A stretch of DNA of 64,000 nt from Cenarchaeum sp. (GTDB lineage Archaea > Thermoproteota > Nitrososphaeria > Nitrososphaerales > Nitrosopumilaceae): contig CBDESU010000001.1 in the NCBI GenBank assembly GCA_965242695.1, positions 1,536,001-1,600,000 of the forward strand. Reading direction: 5' to 3'. Below the pieces are notes generated by a model. It worked only from the letters and a program-made list of their open reading frames with translations, was not told the origin of the DNA and ran no database searches. Of this stretch, positions 1 to 9,360 are shown piece after piece. The translations under genes were made by a program, and so were the position numbers. How positions within the stretch are numbered: position 1 is the first letter of the stretch; every line of letters begins with the position of its first letter.

Positions 1-281
1 GGCTCGGCAGTGCGGAGCTGTCCGGCCGTCGCGAGCGGCCTCTCGGATGCGGCGTACTCGATCTCGACGCCGAACCTAGAGCCGGACTCGAAGTAGTCCT
101 CGATGGCGCGGCGCATGTAGCTCACGCACAGCACGATGGACTTTATCCCGTTGGACCTGTTCCACTCGACGAGGTGCTCGAGGAGCGGCTTTTCGCCGAG
201 CGGCAGCATCGGCTTTGGCAGGAAGAGCGTGTACGGCTGCAGGCGCGTCCCGAGGCCGCCGGCGAGTATTACGGACCTCAC
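1..281 (-). CDS. Sugar-phosphate nucleotidyltransferase (NTP_transferase family), N-terminal part; runs off the window edge
   Basis: Manual translation from GTG at 281 gives MRSVILAGGLGTRLQPYTLFLPKPMLPLGEKPLLEHL...RFGVEIEY, carrying the GGxGTRL...PKP signature. Not in the ORF track. Confidence 0.9.
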   Translation of the reverse strand, partial: MRSVILAGGLGTRLQPYTLFLPKPMLPLGEKPLLEHLVEWNRSNGIKSIVLCVSYMRRAIEDYFESGSRFGVEIEYAASERPLATAGQLRTAE

Positions 282-301
282 GGCGCGGCGCGGGACGGCG
301 C

Positions 302-1918
302 CTATTTAATTTCAGCGGGGGCATCGGGGCCGCGGCCCCGGCGGCGCCCTGCCGCGGCCGCGATTCGGGCGACCTTTGAGACTACGTCGCGCGGGCCCGT
401 CCCGAACACGATCACCATCGGCTCCTTGCCGAGGTCCCCCGTATGGTACACGATGTCGCGCGGGCGGCGCGCGCCGCGCAGGGCCGCGCTCACTCCCCAC
501 GACACGGACGACCCCTCGGACCGCTTGACGGCCTCTGGCTCGCGCGCCCTGTCGTACTGCGAGGCGGCCATGCCGAGCGACCTGGCGGCGGCGATCGTCC
601 GCGGATCGTACCGCATGTTGGCCGCCGCGCGCAGCGCCGGAAACCTGCGCGATGCCTCGACGAGGGCCGCGGCCACGTGCCTCGATGCGCCAAGGGCGGC
701 GAGGCCCGGGACGATTGCCCCGCCGGACATTGTAGAGACTATGCGGCCGTCAAGGCCGAGCACCTCGTCCGGGGATGCGGCCGGCCTGGGCGCGTATGCG
801 ATGTTCGTCTGGCACTCTGGTATGTGCCTGCCTATGCCAGGTATGGCGGCAAGCGAGGCCGCGGCGGCCTCGAGTCGTCCGGCCGCAGCCCAATCGGATG
901 CCCCCGGCCCGGCCTGCTCCAAGCCCGGGCCTGCGGCCGGCAGGGCCCGGGCCGGTGCCGCCACGGGCAGTCCGGCGCCGCGCCGCGCCGCTTCGCTCAC
1001 CGACCTGTGCGCAATGGCGGCCGCCCCGCGCGCCGCCTCTGCAAGCCCCGCCCCCGATGCGAGCAGGGCGGCCAGGGCGGCAGAGTGCGTGCATCCGGAT
1101 CCCCGCAGCCTGCCTCGCACGGCCGGCATGCCTGCGGCGGCGGCCGGATACGGATCCCCCCCGCCGTCAAACACCAGGTCCCTTACCGCCGCGCCGTCCC
1201 GGATGCCGGTGACAATGACGCTGCCGGCGCCCATGCCAAGCACCGCCCGCGCCGCCTCCTCCACCGCGCCTTCCGCGGCGGCCCGCGCCCGCCCCGCCGC
1301 CTCCTCCACCGCGCGCGCCAGGCGCCGGCTGCCGGCGAGCATCCCTAGCTCGTAGACGTTCGGCGTGACGGCGGCGGCGAGCGGCACGATCTCTTCCCTG
1401 TACGCGCCGAGCGACCGCGCGTCAAGCAGCCTCCCGCCCGTGGTCGACCTTACGACGGGATCCACGACGACGGGGACGTCCCTCCTCTGGCCCCTCTTTT
1501 TCTGCCGCGCGAGCCCGCGCAGCAGGGCGGCGCGGACCGCCGACATGGCCTCTGCGCCGCGCACCATCCCAATCTTGACGGCCCCGACCTCAAAGTCCTC
1601 GAATACCGCGCCGATCTGGCCAGATATCATCCGCGCCGAGACGGGCTCCGCCGAGACGAACCTCGACGTGTTCTGGGCGGTAAGTGCGGTTATCGCGGCG
1701 GCGCCGGCGCAGCCGAGCGCCTCGAACGTGGCAATGTCCCTGTACACGCCGGACGCGCCCGAAGGGTCGGCGCCGGCGACCGTCAGCACGACGGCCCCCT
1801 GGCGCCCGCGGCCGCCCTTGGCGCCCCGCCCGGCCCCGGCCCCGATGCGCGGCGCCCGCCCGCGGCCGCCCGCCGCGGCCGCCCCTGCCGGCGCCGCCGC
1901 GCCACTACTCTTGGCCAT
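302..1918 (-). CDS. thiD: Bifunctional HMP/HMP-P kinase - thiamine-phosphate synthase (ThiD-ThiN fusion)
   Basis: VLTVAGADPSGASG, TALTAQNT, VVVDPV, TPNVYE and GSGCT motifs of ThiD. C-terminal IPECQTNIAYA...ANMRY...HTGDLGKEPM is the ThiN domain. Confidence 0.92.
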   Translation of the reverse strand: MAKSSGAAAPAGAAAAGGRGRAPRIGAGAGRGAKGGRGRQGAVVLTVAGADPSGASGVYRDIATFEALGCAGAAAITALTAQNTSRFVSAEPVSARMISGQIGAVFEDFEVGAVKIGMVRGAEAMSAVRAALLRGLARQKKRGQRRDVPVVVDPVVRSTTGGRLLDARSLGAYREEIVPLAAAVTPNVYELGMLAGSRRLARAVEEAAGRARAAAEGAVEEAARAVLGMGAGSVIVTGIRDGAAVRDLVFDGGGDPYPAAAAGMPAVRGRLRGSGCTHSAALAALLASGAGLAEAARGAAAIAHRSVSEAARRGAGLPVAAPARALPAAGPGLEQAGPGASDWAAAGRLEAAAASLAAIPGIGRHIPECQTNIAYAPRPAASPDEVLGLDGRIVSTMSGGAIVPGLAALGASRHVAAALVEASRRFPALRAAANMRYDPRTIAAARSLGMAASQYDRAREPEAVKRSEGSSVSWGVSAALRGARRPRDIVYHTGDLGKEPMVIVFGTGPRDVVSKVARIAAAAGRRRGRGPDAPAEIK

Positions 1919-3443
1919 CGCCGTCCTCATCCTCGCCGCCCGCCCCGTCGGGGCCCCCGGGCGGCGGGCCGGCCGGCACGACCGCGCCTATGTCGCACAG
2001 GTTCGTCCCCGTCTGCCCCGTGATCACCGGCCCGCCCGATATGGCCGCCCTTTCCCCTCTTCCCCCTGCCGCCCTTCCGGCCTGGACGGCCCATGTCGAT
2101 CGCTCCTCGAACAGGGCCCCCGTGTCGCTCCCCTCGATGTGCGACCTGACGGCGGCCGCATCGGCGGCGGCCGTCTCGGCGACGGCGCCGGCCGACGACG
2201 TCGTCCCGTCGATGCCGTCCGTTCCGATCGCGGCGACGACGGCCGGCTCGGCGGCCATCGCCGCGCCGCCCTCGGCGATCTCCAGCACTATCCGGGCCAC
2301 AATCTCCTGGCACCGTCCGCCCCTCCCCGATGCCTTCCCGCCGCGCGCCCGGCGCACCCTCACCGTAGTCTCGCCCCCGAACAGCACGCATGCATCGCCG
2401 CCCCCGCCGAGCTTCTCCCAGGCGGACGCGACGCGGGCTGCCGCATCCCCGACGTCGCCGCCTATCGAGATCGTCCTGGCCGAGTACCCCATCCCCCGCG
2501 CCCTCGACTCCATGGCCTCTAGGCAGGCCGTGTTCGTCGCCACGACGGCGTTTGGTATGACGGGGCCCTCGGGCGTGTCCGGCACGCGGCCGGCCGCCCC
2601 GTCGCGCAGCCTCTCGAGGACGGGCCGCGGCATGCGCCTGGACAGGCCGCGGCTCCGCGCGGCGGCGAGCGCGTCGGCAAACGTCGTCGGGTCCCCGTAC
2701 GTGGCGCCCGATGCCACTACGGCCGGATCGTCGCCCGGCACGTCGGACATGAGCAGGGCCGCCGCATCGCACGATGCGCCGGCGGCCAGCCTGCCGCCCT
2801 TTATCCGGGACAGGTGCTTTCGCACGCAGTTGATCTCGGATATTGGCGCGCCGGCGGCGGCGAGCAGATCCGCCGCCCGGGCCTTGTCGCCAAGGTCGAC
2901 GCCGTCGGGCATGCACAAGAGCGACGAGCCTCCCCCCGACACCAGGAACAGCAGCAGCTCCGACCCGCCCCTGTGCGCGACGTACCTCTCGACGGCGCGA
3001 GCCGCCTCGACGCTAGAGCGGTCGGGCTCGGGGTGCGCGGCCCTGAGCACCCTGAACCCGCGCCCCGGAGCCGCTCCCGGCGCGCCGGCCGGCGCCACGA
3101 CTATGCCGCCGTCGACCTTTGGCCCAAGCCACTCGCGCGCCGCCGCGGCCATGCCGAGCGCCGCCTTGCCGAACGCGACGACCTTTACGGAGCGGTACGG
3201 CGAGAGGTCGATCGGCCCGCTGCGCGGCGATCCTGGGCACCAGTCGGCGGCTATCTGCCCCGGCGTGGCGCCGGCCCTGCGCACGGCCTCGCGCGGGGAC
3301 GCGGCCTCTAGCCCCGCCATGAGCAGCTTGAGGGCGCGCCTGCGGGCCCTGCCCGTTGCCAGGGCGCGGTAGTTTGAGATGCCCGGCGGCCAGGTCAGGG
3401 CCGCCGCGCGCCGCGCGCCGCCGCCCCTGCCGGCCCCGGCCAT
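1905..3443 (-). CDS. Glycerate 2-kinase (MOFRL/DUF4147 family)
   Basis: FGKAA, AAHPEPD, LVSGGGSSL, RKHLSRIKGGRL, SDVPGDD, GGETTV, GTDGIDG and GQTGTNLCD motifs. Start chosen downstream of the TATA-like TATAATAAT at about 3466. Confidence 0.88.
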   Translation of the reverse strand: MAGAGRGGGARRAAALTWPPGISNYRALATGRARRRALKLLMAGLEAASPREAVRRAGATPGQIAADWCPGSPRSGPIDLSPYRSVKVVAFGKAALGMAAAAREWLGPKVDGGIVVAPAGAPGAAPGRGFRVLRAAHPEPDRSSVEAARAVERYVAHRGGSELLLFLVSGGGSSLLCMPDGVDLGDKARAADLLAAAGAPISEINCVRKHLSRIKGGRLAAGASCDAAALLMSDVPGDDPAVVASGATYGDPTTFADALAAARSRGLSRRMPRPVLERLRDGAAGRVPDTPEGPVIPNAVVATNTACLEAMESRARGMGYSARTISIGGDVGDAAARVASAWEKLGGGGDACVLFGGETTVRVRRARGGKASGRGGRCQEIVARIVLEIAEGGAAMAAEPAVVAAIGTDGIDGTTSSAGAVAETAAADAAAVRSHIEGSDTGALFEERSTWAVQAGRAAGGRGERAAISGGPVITGQTGTNLCDIGAVVPAGPPPGGPDGAGGEDEDGDGQE

Positions 3444-3495
3444 GCCGGCCCCGCCGCCTGCAACGTATAATAATGGTCGGCCGGCCGGCCGGCGC

Positions 3496-4440
3496 GTGCA
3501 CACCCTCAGGGTACCCCGCGACATACGGTTCGGCGCGGACGCGCTCGCCGAGACCGAGTACCCGGCCAACGCGCTCATCGTGACGACGGCGCCCCCAGAG
3601 ATGTCGTCCCGCTGGATCGACCGCATGGGCATACGCGACTACATGCTCTACGACAAGGTCACGCCCGAGCCGTCCATCGGGGACGTCGAGAGGCTCGTCT
3701 CCGAGTTCAAGCCGAGGTCGCCGTCGGCGCTGATCGGCCTCGGCGGCGGCAGCTCGCTCGACGTCGTAAAGTACTCGGCAGAGTCGTTCGGGGTGCCAAA
3801 GATACTCATCCCGACCACGTTCGGCACCGGCGCCGAGATGACCACGTACTGCGTCCTAAAGTTCGACGGCAAGAAAAAGCTCCTCCGCGAGGACCGCTTC
3901 CTGGCGGACACGGCCGTGATCGACTCTTTCTTCATGGACGGGACGCCCGAGCAGATCGTAAAGAACTCCGTATGCGACGCATGCGCGCAGGCGACCGAGG
4001 GGTACGACAGCAGGCTCGGCAACGACCTGACGCGGACGCTGTGCGGGCAGGCGTTCGACGTCCTGTACGACGCCATCATGAACGGCAAGCCCGAAAACTA
4101 CCCGTACGGGTCGATGCTGTCGGGCATGGGGTTCGGCAACTGCTCGACGACGCTCGGCCACGCCCTGTCGTACGTGTTTTCCAACGAGGGCGTGCCGCAC
4201 GGCTACTCGCTGTCGTCGTGCACGACGGTCGCCCACAGGCACAACAAGTCAAAGTTCTACGGGAGGTTCAAGGAGTGCATGGAAAAGCTCGGGTTCGACC
4301 GCCTCGACCTAAAGGCGGACGTGTCCGAGGCGGCAGACACCGTAATGACCGACCGCGGCCACCTCGACCCCAACCCCGTCCCGATCTCAAAGGAGGACGT
4401 GGTAAGGTGCCTCGAGGACATAAAGGCCGGCAGTCTCTAG
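3496..4440 (+). CDS. Iron-containing alcohol dehydrogenase; probable malonic semialdehyde reductase (3-hydroxypropionate dehydrogenase) of the thaumarchaeal 3HP/4HB cycle
   Basis: GLGGGSSLDVVK, IPTTFGTGAE and GHALSY...PHG Fe-ADH motifs. From memory the sequence closely resembles the Nitrosopumilus maritimus enzyme (Nmar_1110-type). GTG start at 3496. Confidence 0.8.
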   Translation: MHTLRVPRDIRFGADALAETEYPANALIVTTAPPEMSSRWIDRMGIRDYMLYDKVTPEPSIGDVERLVSEFKPRSPSALIGLGGGSSLDVVKYSAESFGVPKILIPTTFGTGAEMTTYCVLKFDGKKKLLREDRFLADTAVIDSFFMDGTPEQIVKNSVCDACAQATEGYDSRLGNDLTRTLCGQAFDVLYDAIMNGKPENYPYGSMLSGMGFGNCSTTLGHALSYVFSNEGVPHGYSLSSCTTVAHRHNKSKFYGRFKECMEKLGFDRLDLKADVSEAADTVMTDRGHLDPNPVPISKEDVVRCLEDIKAGSL

Positions 4441-4755
4441 TGGGCCGGCATGCGGCGCGGCGGCGCTCGGCGGCACGCCCACCATCCAATGCAAAACCGT
4501 TGCGCCATGAGTCTACCCGAGTACATGTCCCTCTTCCTCTCGTCCCTCCGCGCATGCCAGGCCCCCTCCGTCCCCGCACAGCGCCATCCCACGCCGCGTC
4601 GCCGCCTGCCGTCCCCCGCACAACTTTAATGTATCGACCACGAGTCCCCGCCGAGGGGGGTGTGCCAGGCATGGAGAATCGGGCAGCACACAGGCGTTCC
4701 GCAGGGCATGCGGACAGGAGGGTTGCGGTGGTGGCGGCGAGGTGCCGCGGCGGCA

Positions 4756-4863
4756 ATGCCGCGGGTGCATGCATCCCGGCCATGGTATGCACGCCTTCCG
4801 GCAAAGGGCACGCTCGACGAGATGAGGATGCCGCGGGTGCATGCATCCCGGCCATGGCATGCA
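4756..4863 (+). repeat. Two 36-bp direct repeats (ATGCCGCGGGTGCATGCATCCCGGCCATGG[T/C]ATGCA) separated by a 36-bp unique spacer
   Basis: Copies at 4756-4791 and 4828-4863 with 1 mismatch. Internal near-palindrome GGGTGCATGCATCCC. Confidence 0.85.
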
Positions 4864-4876
4864 GGGGGCGTACAGA

Positions 4877-6022
4877 ATGACCGCAATCCGAAGGCTCCCC
4901 AAGGTCAGCACGAGGAGAGAGTTCATACGCGTCCTCGAGGGCTGGATGGCCCCGTCAGGAGACGATGCGCCGGACGGCGGCGAGGATGCCGCCGCGGGCC
5001 GTCCGACGGACCTCAAGGCGTATGTGCTCGAGTCGAACGCCCCCCTCCGCAGGCGGGCCAAGACGGAACGGGCTAGATGGAGCATGTCCGATACGGGCAT
5101 CCCCGATCTAAAAATCATGAACGTCACGCTGGGCGCCGATGCCCCCGTGCAGTTTTTTGTCGATGTCAGCGACAATAGATTCATCACCATCCATACGAAC
5201 AACAGGGCCGAGGATATGGAGAAGGTCGTCGGCGCGCTAGTCGACGAGTCGTACGGCACGTTCGACAACATGTGGATGTACCATGGCATGCTCGACCACA
5301 TAGCAAAAAAAGTAGGAAGCGCCTTTGTGGGGTTTTCCATAAAGTATACCGACAGGCTGCTCGCCCGCACTGAAGCGAAGCACGATGCGTCAGTTCTTGA
5401 AGATCTGTACATAAATATCAGCGGCCGGAAGGCCACCCGCCTAAGGAACCTCGTAAAAAACGATCGAGACTTTCAAGATATAATGGCATACAAGAAGGTT
5501 CGTATCATGCGGGGCCCTCGCGGTGACGAGAAGGGCTATGTGCACGACGACATCGCAAGCACTGGATACTTTGCCGTCAAACACGGCAAATCGGTCCAAA
5601 ACCATCTGAGCATCGTCGAGGAATCCAAGGAGATATACTCTCGCGCCGTCAGAGGGGTGGAGGACTGCCGGCTAGGCATAGACAAATCCGGCGGCATGGC
5701 GATCGTCAAGGGACAGGCGCTCAATTTCACACTGTCAAAGCAGATAACCAACGTCGAGCAGTTTATCGACGTGGTCTTTAACACCGCCAAGCCGTTTCGG
5801 ATGAGCGGAATAAAATCCGTGATTCAGCCGGGGTATTACCGGGTCCTGGCCGTGGATCTGCACACGGGGGATCCCATGACGTTCGAAATTGCAAGGGGCA
5901 TCATGCGCGTCTACCTCTCGCAGCACAGCTGCGGCAACACGATCATGCGCCTGCTGACAAACCTGCAGTCGTCGTACGGAACAGATACGCGTTGCATGGA
6001 GGTGGATCAGATTGTTGGCTAG
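4877..6022 (+). CDS. Hypothetical protein (~380 aa), gene A of a two-gene nuclease operon
   Basis: Long lower-GC ORF with globular composition. C-terminal VLAVDLHTGDPMTFEI...CGNTIMRLLTNLQ segment resembles the C-terminus of 38514..39692. Confidence 0.8.
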   Translation: MTAIRRLPKVSTRREFIRVLEGWMAPSGDDAPDGGEDAAAGRPTDLKAYVLESNAPLRRRAKTERARWSMSDTGIPDLKIMNVTLGADAPVQFFVDVSDNRFITIHTNNRAEDMEKVVGALVDESYGTFDNMWMYHGMLDHIAKKVGSAFVGFSIKYTDRLLARTEAKHDASVLEDLYINISGRKATRLRNLVKNDRDFQDIMAYKKVRIMRGPRGDEKGYVHDDIASTGYFAVKHGKSVQNHLSIVEESKEIYSRAVRGVEDCRLGIDKSGGMAIVKGQALNFTLSKQITNVEQFIDVVFNTAKPFRMSGIKSVIQPGYYRVLAVDLHTGDPMTFEIARGIMRVYLSQHSCGNTIMRLLTNLQSSYGTDTRCMEVDQIVG

Positions 6023-6875
6023 CGGGCACACCCGGCTTCTGAACATGTTCATAGGCCTGTGCAACAGTAGCCCCACGTGGCCCACATTGCTCTACGACAT
6101 GGACTATGACATCATATTGATCGAGGAGAAGATAGCAGTGGGCAGGCATGCTACGGCTACCCCCGACCTTGTCGCATACTCTGGAAAGCATTCACATGCG
6201 ATCGTGGTCGAGTCCAAAAGTGGCCGCTCCATACAGTCCCACCAAGACGGATCCTATTCCATGCTTTCCACATCAGACCTTAAGCGGGGGGTCGTGGCCA
6301 CGGACTCGAAATTGAGCGGGCACGTAGCATGCTACGTCGTCAACCGCGACAACTATCCCAAGCTTGCAAGGCAGACGCGGCTTCCCTTCATAGTGTTCGG
6401 GAACGCCGTGGAGGGGCACGGCAACTTCGGAGAGAAGTCCCTCGACAAGGCCCTACACGCCGGAGCGCCGCTAAAAGGAATGCTAGAGCCGATTGCATAC
6501 TATCCGTTTTCCCACGGAGAGGATATCCGCATCATTGTTCCCCATGTGATCTCGGCGGTGATCTCCCTCATCCGGAATCCGGCAACCCGCTTAACCTTTG
6601 ACATAAATCGCCCCGATGCCGCCCACTCCGTTCTGACCATGGTGCATCCATACCACTCGGTGCTGGGACGCAAAGAAAAGACAGCGCTGACAAGAAAGAT
6701 ACGAAAGATCATCAAACAACTAATGCGTGAGAACCCAGAGCTTGCCGAGCAGGCCAAAAAAGTGCAGGGGCAAAGATCGACTCCGCAAGCGATCCATATG
6801 TTTGTGTCCGCGTGCCAGAAGGTAGGCAAGGACTACGCCGATCAGGGCAGGATCGACGGCGAGCGCTGGCAGTAG
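6012..6875 (+). CDS. Putative PD-(D/E)xK restriction-like nuclease, gene B
   Basis: TPDLVAYSG...IVVESKSG...QDGSY gives PD...ExK...QxxxY. Overlaps gene A, suggesting translational coupling. Confidence 0.65.
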   Translation: MLASGHTRLLNMFIGLCNSSPTWPTLLYDMDYDIILIEEKIAVGRHATATPDLVAYSGKHSHAIVVESKSGRSIQSHQDGSYSMLSTSDLKRGVVATDSKLSGHVACYVVNRDNYPKLARQTRLPFIVFGNAVEGHGNFGEKSLDKALHAGAPLKGMLEPIAYYPFSHGEDIRIIVPHVISAVISLIRNPATRLTFDINRPDAAHSVLTMVHPYHSVLGRKEKTALTRKIRKIIKQLMRENPELAEQAKKVQGQRSTPQAIHMFVSACQKVGKDYADQGRIDGERWQ

Positions 6876-7278
6876 CACGTGGCCGCCAATCTAGCGGGCA
6901 CATCGCAGTGCGAATAGGCAAAGTCGACGGGCGATCCCAAGGCACAATGCGCCCCCCCCCCTCCCTCCACGCCCGCTTGCCGTCCGCTCCGCATGCGGCG
7001 CCGCATGTCGGCAAATGTGGGCAGGATGCGTTCCAGTCCTCCGTCTGCCTCCGATTTTGCCGGTGGCCTTGCCGCGCCGGGCGCCGCGTCCTGCGCGCCT
7101 ACGCGAGATCTTGCCCACTACACGGGGTCCGGCGCCTTGGCAGGCCCTGCCGCCGCCATGGGCCGCGTGCGCCACATGAGCGCCTCCCCGCCATCGGCCA
7201 GCCCTGCGCCCCGCCCGCAAGCCGCCGGGCGCCGGCCGGCCGCACAGACTTATTTACCCGCGCTCGGCGGGCCGCCCA

Positions 7279-8373
7279 ATGGCGGGCCTCAAGTTCGGCA
7301 TCCAGAACGGCCTGAACGTGGCCCGCGCCGGCTACACCGAGGACCAGATACTGACGGCCTGCGTGCTAGCCGACAAGACGGGGTACGACTCGATCTTCTA
7401 CATGGACCACACGAACGTCCCGCAGTGGCGCAACGCGATCGTCCTGGACCCGTGGGTCATGCTCTCGTCGATCGCGGCCATGACGCGCAACGTAGAGCTC
7501 GGCACGTGCGTCACGGACGCCATACGCCGCCACCCGTCGAACATAGCCCTGGCCTCAATCACGCTCGACCGCGTCTCGCAGGGGCGCGCCATCCTCGGCA
7601 TCGGCGCCGGCGAGGCGCAGAACCTCAAGGAGTTTTGCATACCGTTCGAAAAGCCCGTCAGCAAGTGGGCCGAGCAGATCGAGGTCATCCGCTCCCTGTA
7701 CGGCTCGTCGCCGGACAACACGGTCGACTACAAGGGCAAGTACTACGAGCTCCAGGGTGCGTGCCTCCAGGCGCCGCCCATACGCAAGCCGCACCCGCCG
7801 ACGTACATGGCCGCCGGCGGCAAGCGCACGCTCGAGCTGACCGGCAAGCTCGGCGACGGCTGGCTGCCCATCGGGTACACGCCCGAGCTGTTCGAGGACC
7901 ACCGCCGCCAGATCGAGGCGTCGATGGAAAAGCACGGGCGGCCGCAGCAGGAGAGGGACGACTTCCAGATGGCCCTGGACATCGACGTGTACTTTTCCGA
8001 GGACGCCGAAGAGTCGTGGGCCAAGATGAAGGAGGCCGTAAAGGTGAGCCTGTTCAAGCCCGAGGTGCTGCGCGTGCACGGCCTAAAGGAGATCGAAGGA
8101 TTCGACTTTGTCAAGTACTTTACAGAGTACTCGATGTCCAACCAGGAGTGGATCGTAAAGATGCGCGAGGCGGCCCGCAAGATACCCGACGCGATAGCCC
8201 GCTCGTCGACCGCGATCGGCACGCCCGACGACATCATACCGACGTTCGAGCGGTTCGTAGAGGCAGGCGTCAACCACTTTGTCATACGGTTCTGGGGCAA
8301 GGACTACTTTGGCAGCATACACAAGTTCTCGACGTACGTGATGCCGCGCCTCCGCGAGGCGTACGCAAAGTAG
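7279..8373 (+). CDS. LLM-class (luciferase-like) F420-dependent oxidoreductase
   Basis: GYDSIFYMDH, DPWVMLSSIAAMT..VELGTCVT, GRAILGIGAG and GDGWLP motifs. Confidence 0.9.
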   Translation: MAGLKFGIQNGLNVARAGYTEDQILTACVLADKTGYDSIFYMDHTNVPQWRNAIVLDPWVMLSSIAAMTRNVELGTCVTDAIRRHPSNIALASITLDRVSQGRAILGIGAGEAQNLKEFCIPFEKPVSKWAEQIEVIRSLYGSSPDNTVDYKGKYYELQGACLQAPPIRKPHPPTYMAAGGKRTLELTGKLGDGWLPIGYTPELFEDHRRQIEASMEKHGRPQQERDDFQMALDIDVYFSEDAEESWAKMKEAVKVSLFKPEVLRVHGLKEIEGFDFVKYFTEYSMSNQEWIVKMREAARKIPDAIARSSTAIGTPDDIIPTFERFVEAGVNHFVIRFWGKDYFGSIHKFSTYVMPRLREAYAK

Positions 8374-8403
8374 CGCGCAGCCGGTGCCGGCCGGCGTCGG
8401 CGC

Positions 8404-8655
8404 CTACGCATTGCGCGGCCCGATCAGCAGGCGGATCATCTCTGGGGTGAACGACGCGGCATGCCTGTTGCGCGTGCGCAGGATGCGCTCTCCTAGCGCG
8501 GCCATGTCCGTGCACTTTTCGGCCATCTCGTTGGCCTCCCTCTCCTCGGCAGAGAGCGTTGCCGGCAGGGGCGTCTCGCGGGCCATGTAGTCGAAGAATG
8601 CCCTGTTCTCGTCTATGATGCGGCGGACGGCATCCTCAAATGGTTTATCTCCCAT
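8404..8655 (-). CDS. Small helical protein downstream of the Fic/Doc gene; candidate antitoxin
   Basis: 83 aa, charged; overlaps the Doc-like ORF by 11 nt. Confidence 0.5.
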   Translation of the reverse strand: MGDKPFEDAVRRIIDENRAFFDYMARETPLPATLSAEEREANEMAEKCTDMAALGERILRTRNRHAASFTPEMIRLLIGPRNA

Positions 8656-9070
8656 GCCGCCTCAGCCGAGGCCACAGGTATATCTGTGTTTTCGCCACCG
8701 TGTCGGGATCTAGGTACGCCCTGCGCCCCTGTATTTCGAAAAGTAGGCGCCGGAGGTGATCATCACCACCATCACCTCCCGGGCAGTCAAAGTCGAACCC
8801 GTTGCGGTTCAGCATCAACCTTGCTAGCGCCACGCCGGTCCTCTTGTTGGCGCCAGCGAACGGCTGGGCCCACGCGGTGCCGCACATAACGGTTGCAGCC
8901 TTGGCGCAGATGCCAGATGCCTTGTCGGTAAGATCAAGCACCTCTTGCATCCGTTCAGCGGCGAACGCAACGGCCTCGAAGGCCCCGGGGTTAGACTCGA
9001 GGTATGCCTCGACTATGACCTCATTGATGCGCCTAGCCTCGTCCAAGGTTGGCAGTCCACCGCCGTCCAT
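8645..9070 (-). CDS. Fic/Doc-family protein with a variant motif
   Basis: KAATVMCGTAWAQPFAGANKRTGVALARLMLNRNGF matches the Doc consensus HPFxDGNKRTA...FLxxNG. Confidence 0.8.
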   Translation of the reverse strand: MDGGGLPTLDEARRINEVIVEAYLESNPGAFEAVAFAAERMQEVLDLTDKASGICAKAATVMCGTAWAQPFAGANKRTGVALARLMLNRNGFDFDCPGGDGGDDHLRRLLFEIQGRRAYLDPDTVAKTQIYLWPRLRRHGR

Positions 9071-9360
9071 CTAGTCGCGGGGCGGAAGCGGGCGCTATAT
9101 TGCTTTTGTTCGGCACATGTCGCATAGCGCGCGTGGTGCCGTCACAAGCACACTCCGTTCGCCCCGGCCCACAAGGCTGTAGATCGCTCGCCGCATGCAG
9201 TGAGGGGGGTGCATGTGGGTTCTGACAAACAGGTAGCCAAGATTCCGCAATGGAATTGCATCGCGGGCAGGATGCCCCACCGCGCGACATCCAGCCGGAC
9301 GCCCGATGCAAGCGCCGCGGCCCGCCAAGCATTATAACGCGCGCGCCGGCCGCGGGCCGC

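Noticed and set aside
174-3372. Long plus-strand ORFs opposite thiDN and glycerate kinase (and many similar antisense ORFs elsewhere)
   Set aside because: Shadow ORFs caused by very high GC; Ala/Arg/Pro-rich with no motifs.
4756-4863. Bona fide CRISPR array
   Set aside because: Only two repeats, no cas genes and no typical repeat end. Kept only as a repeat pair.
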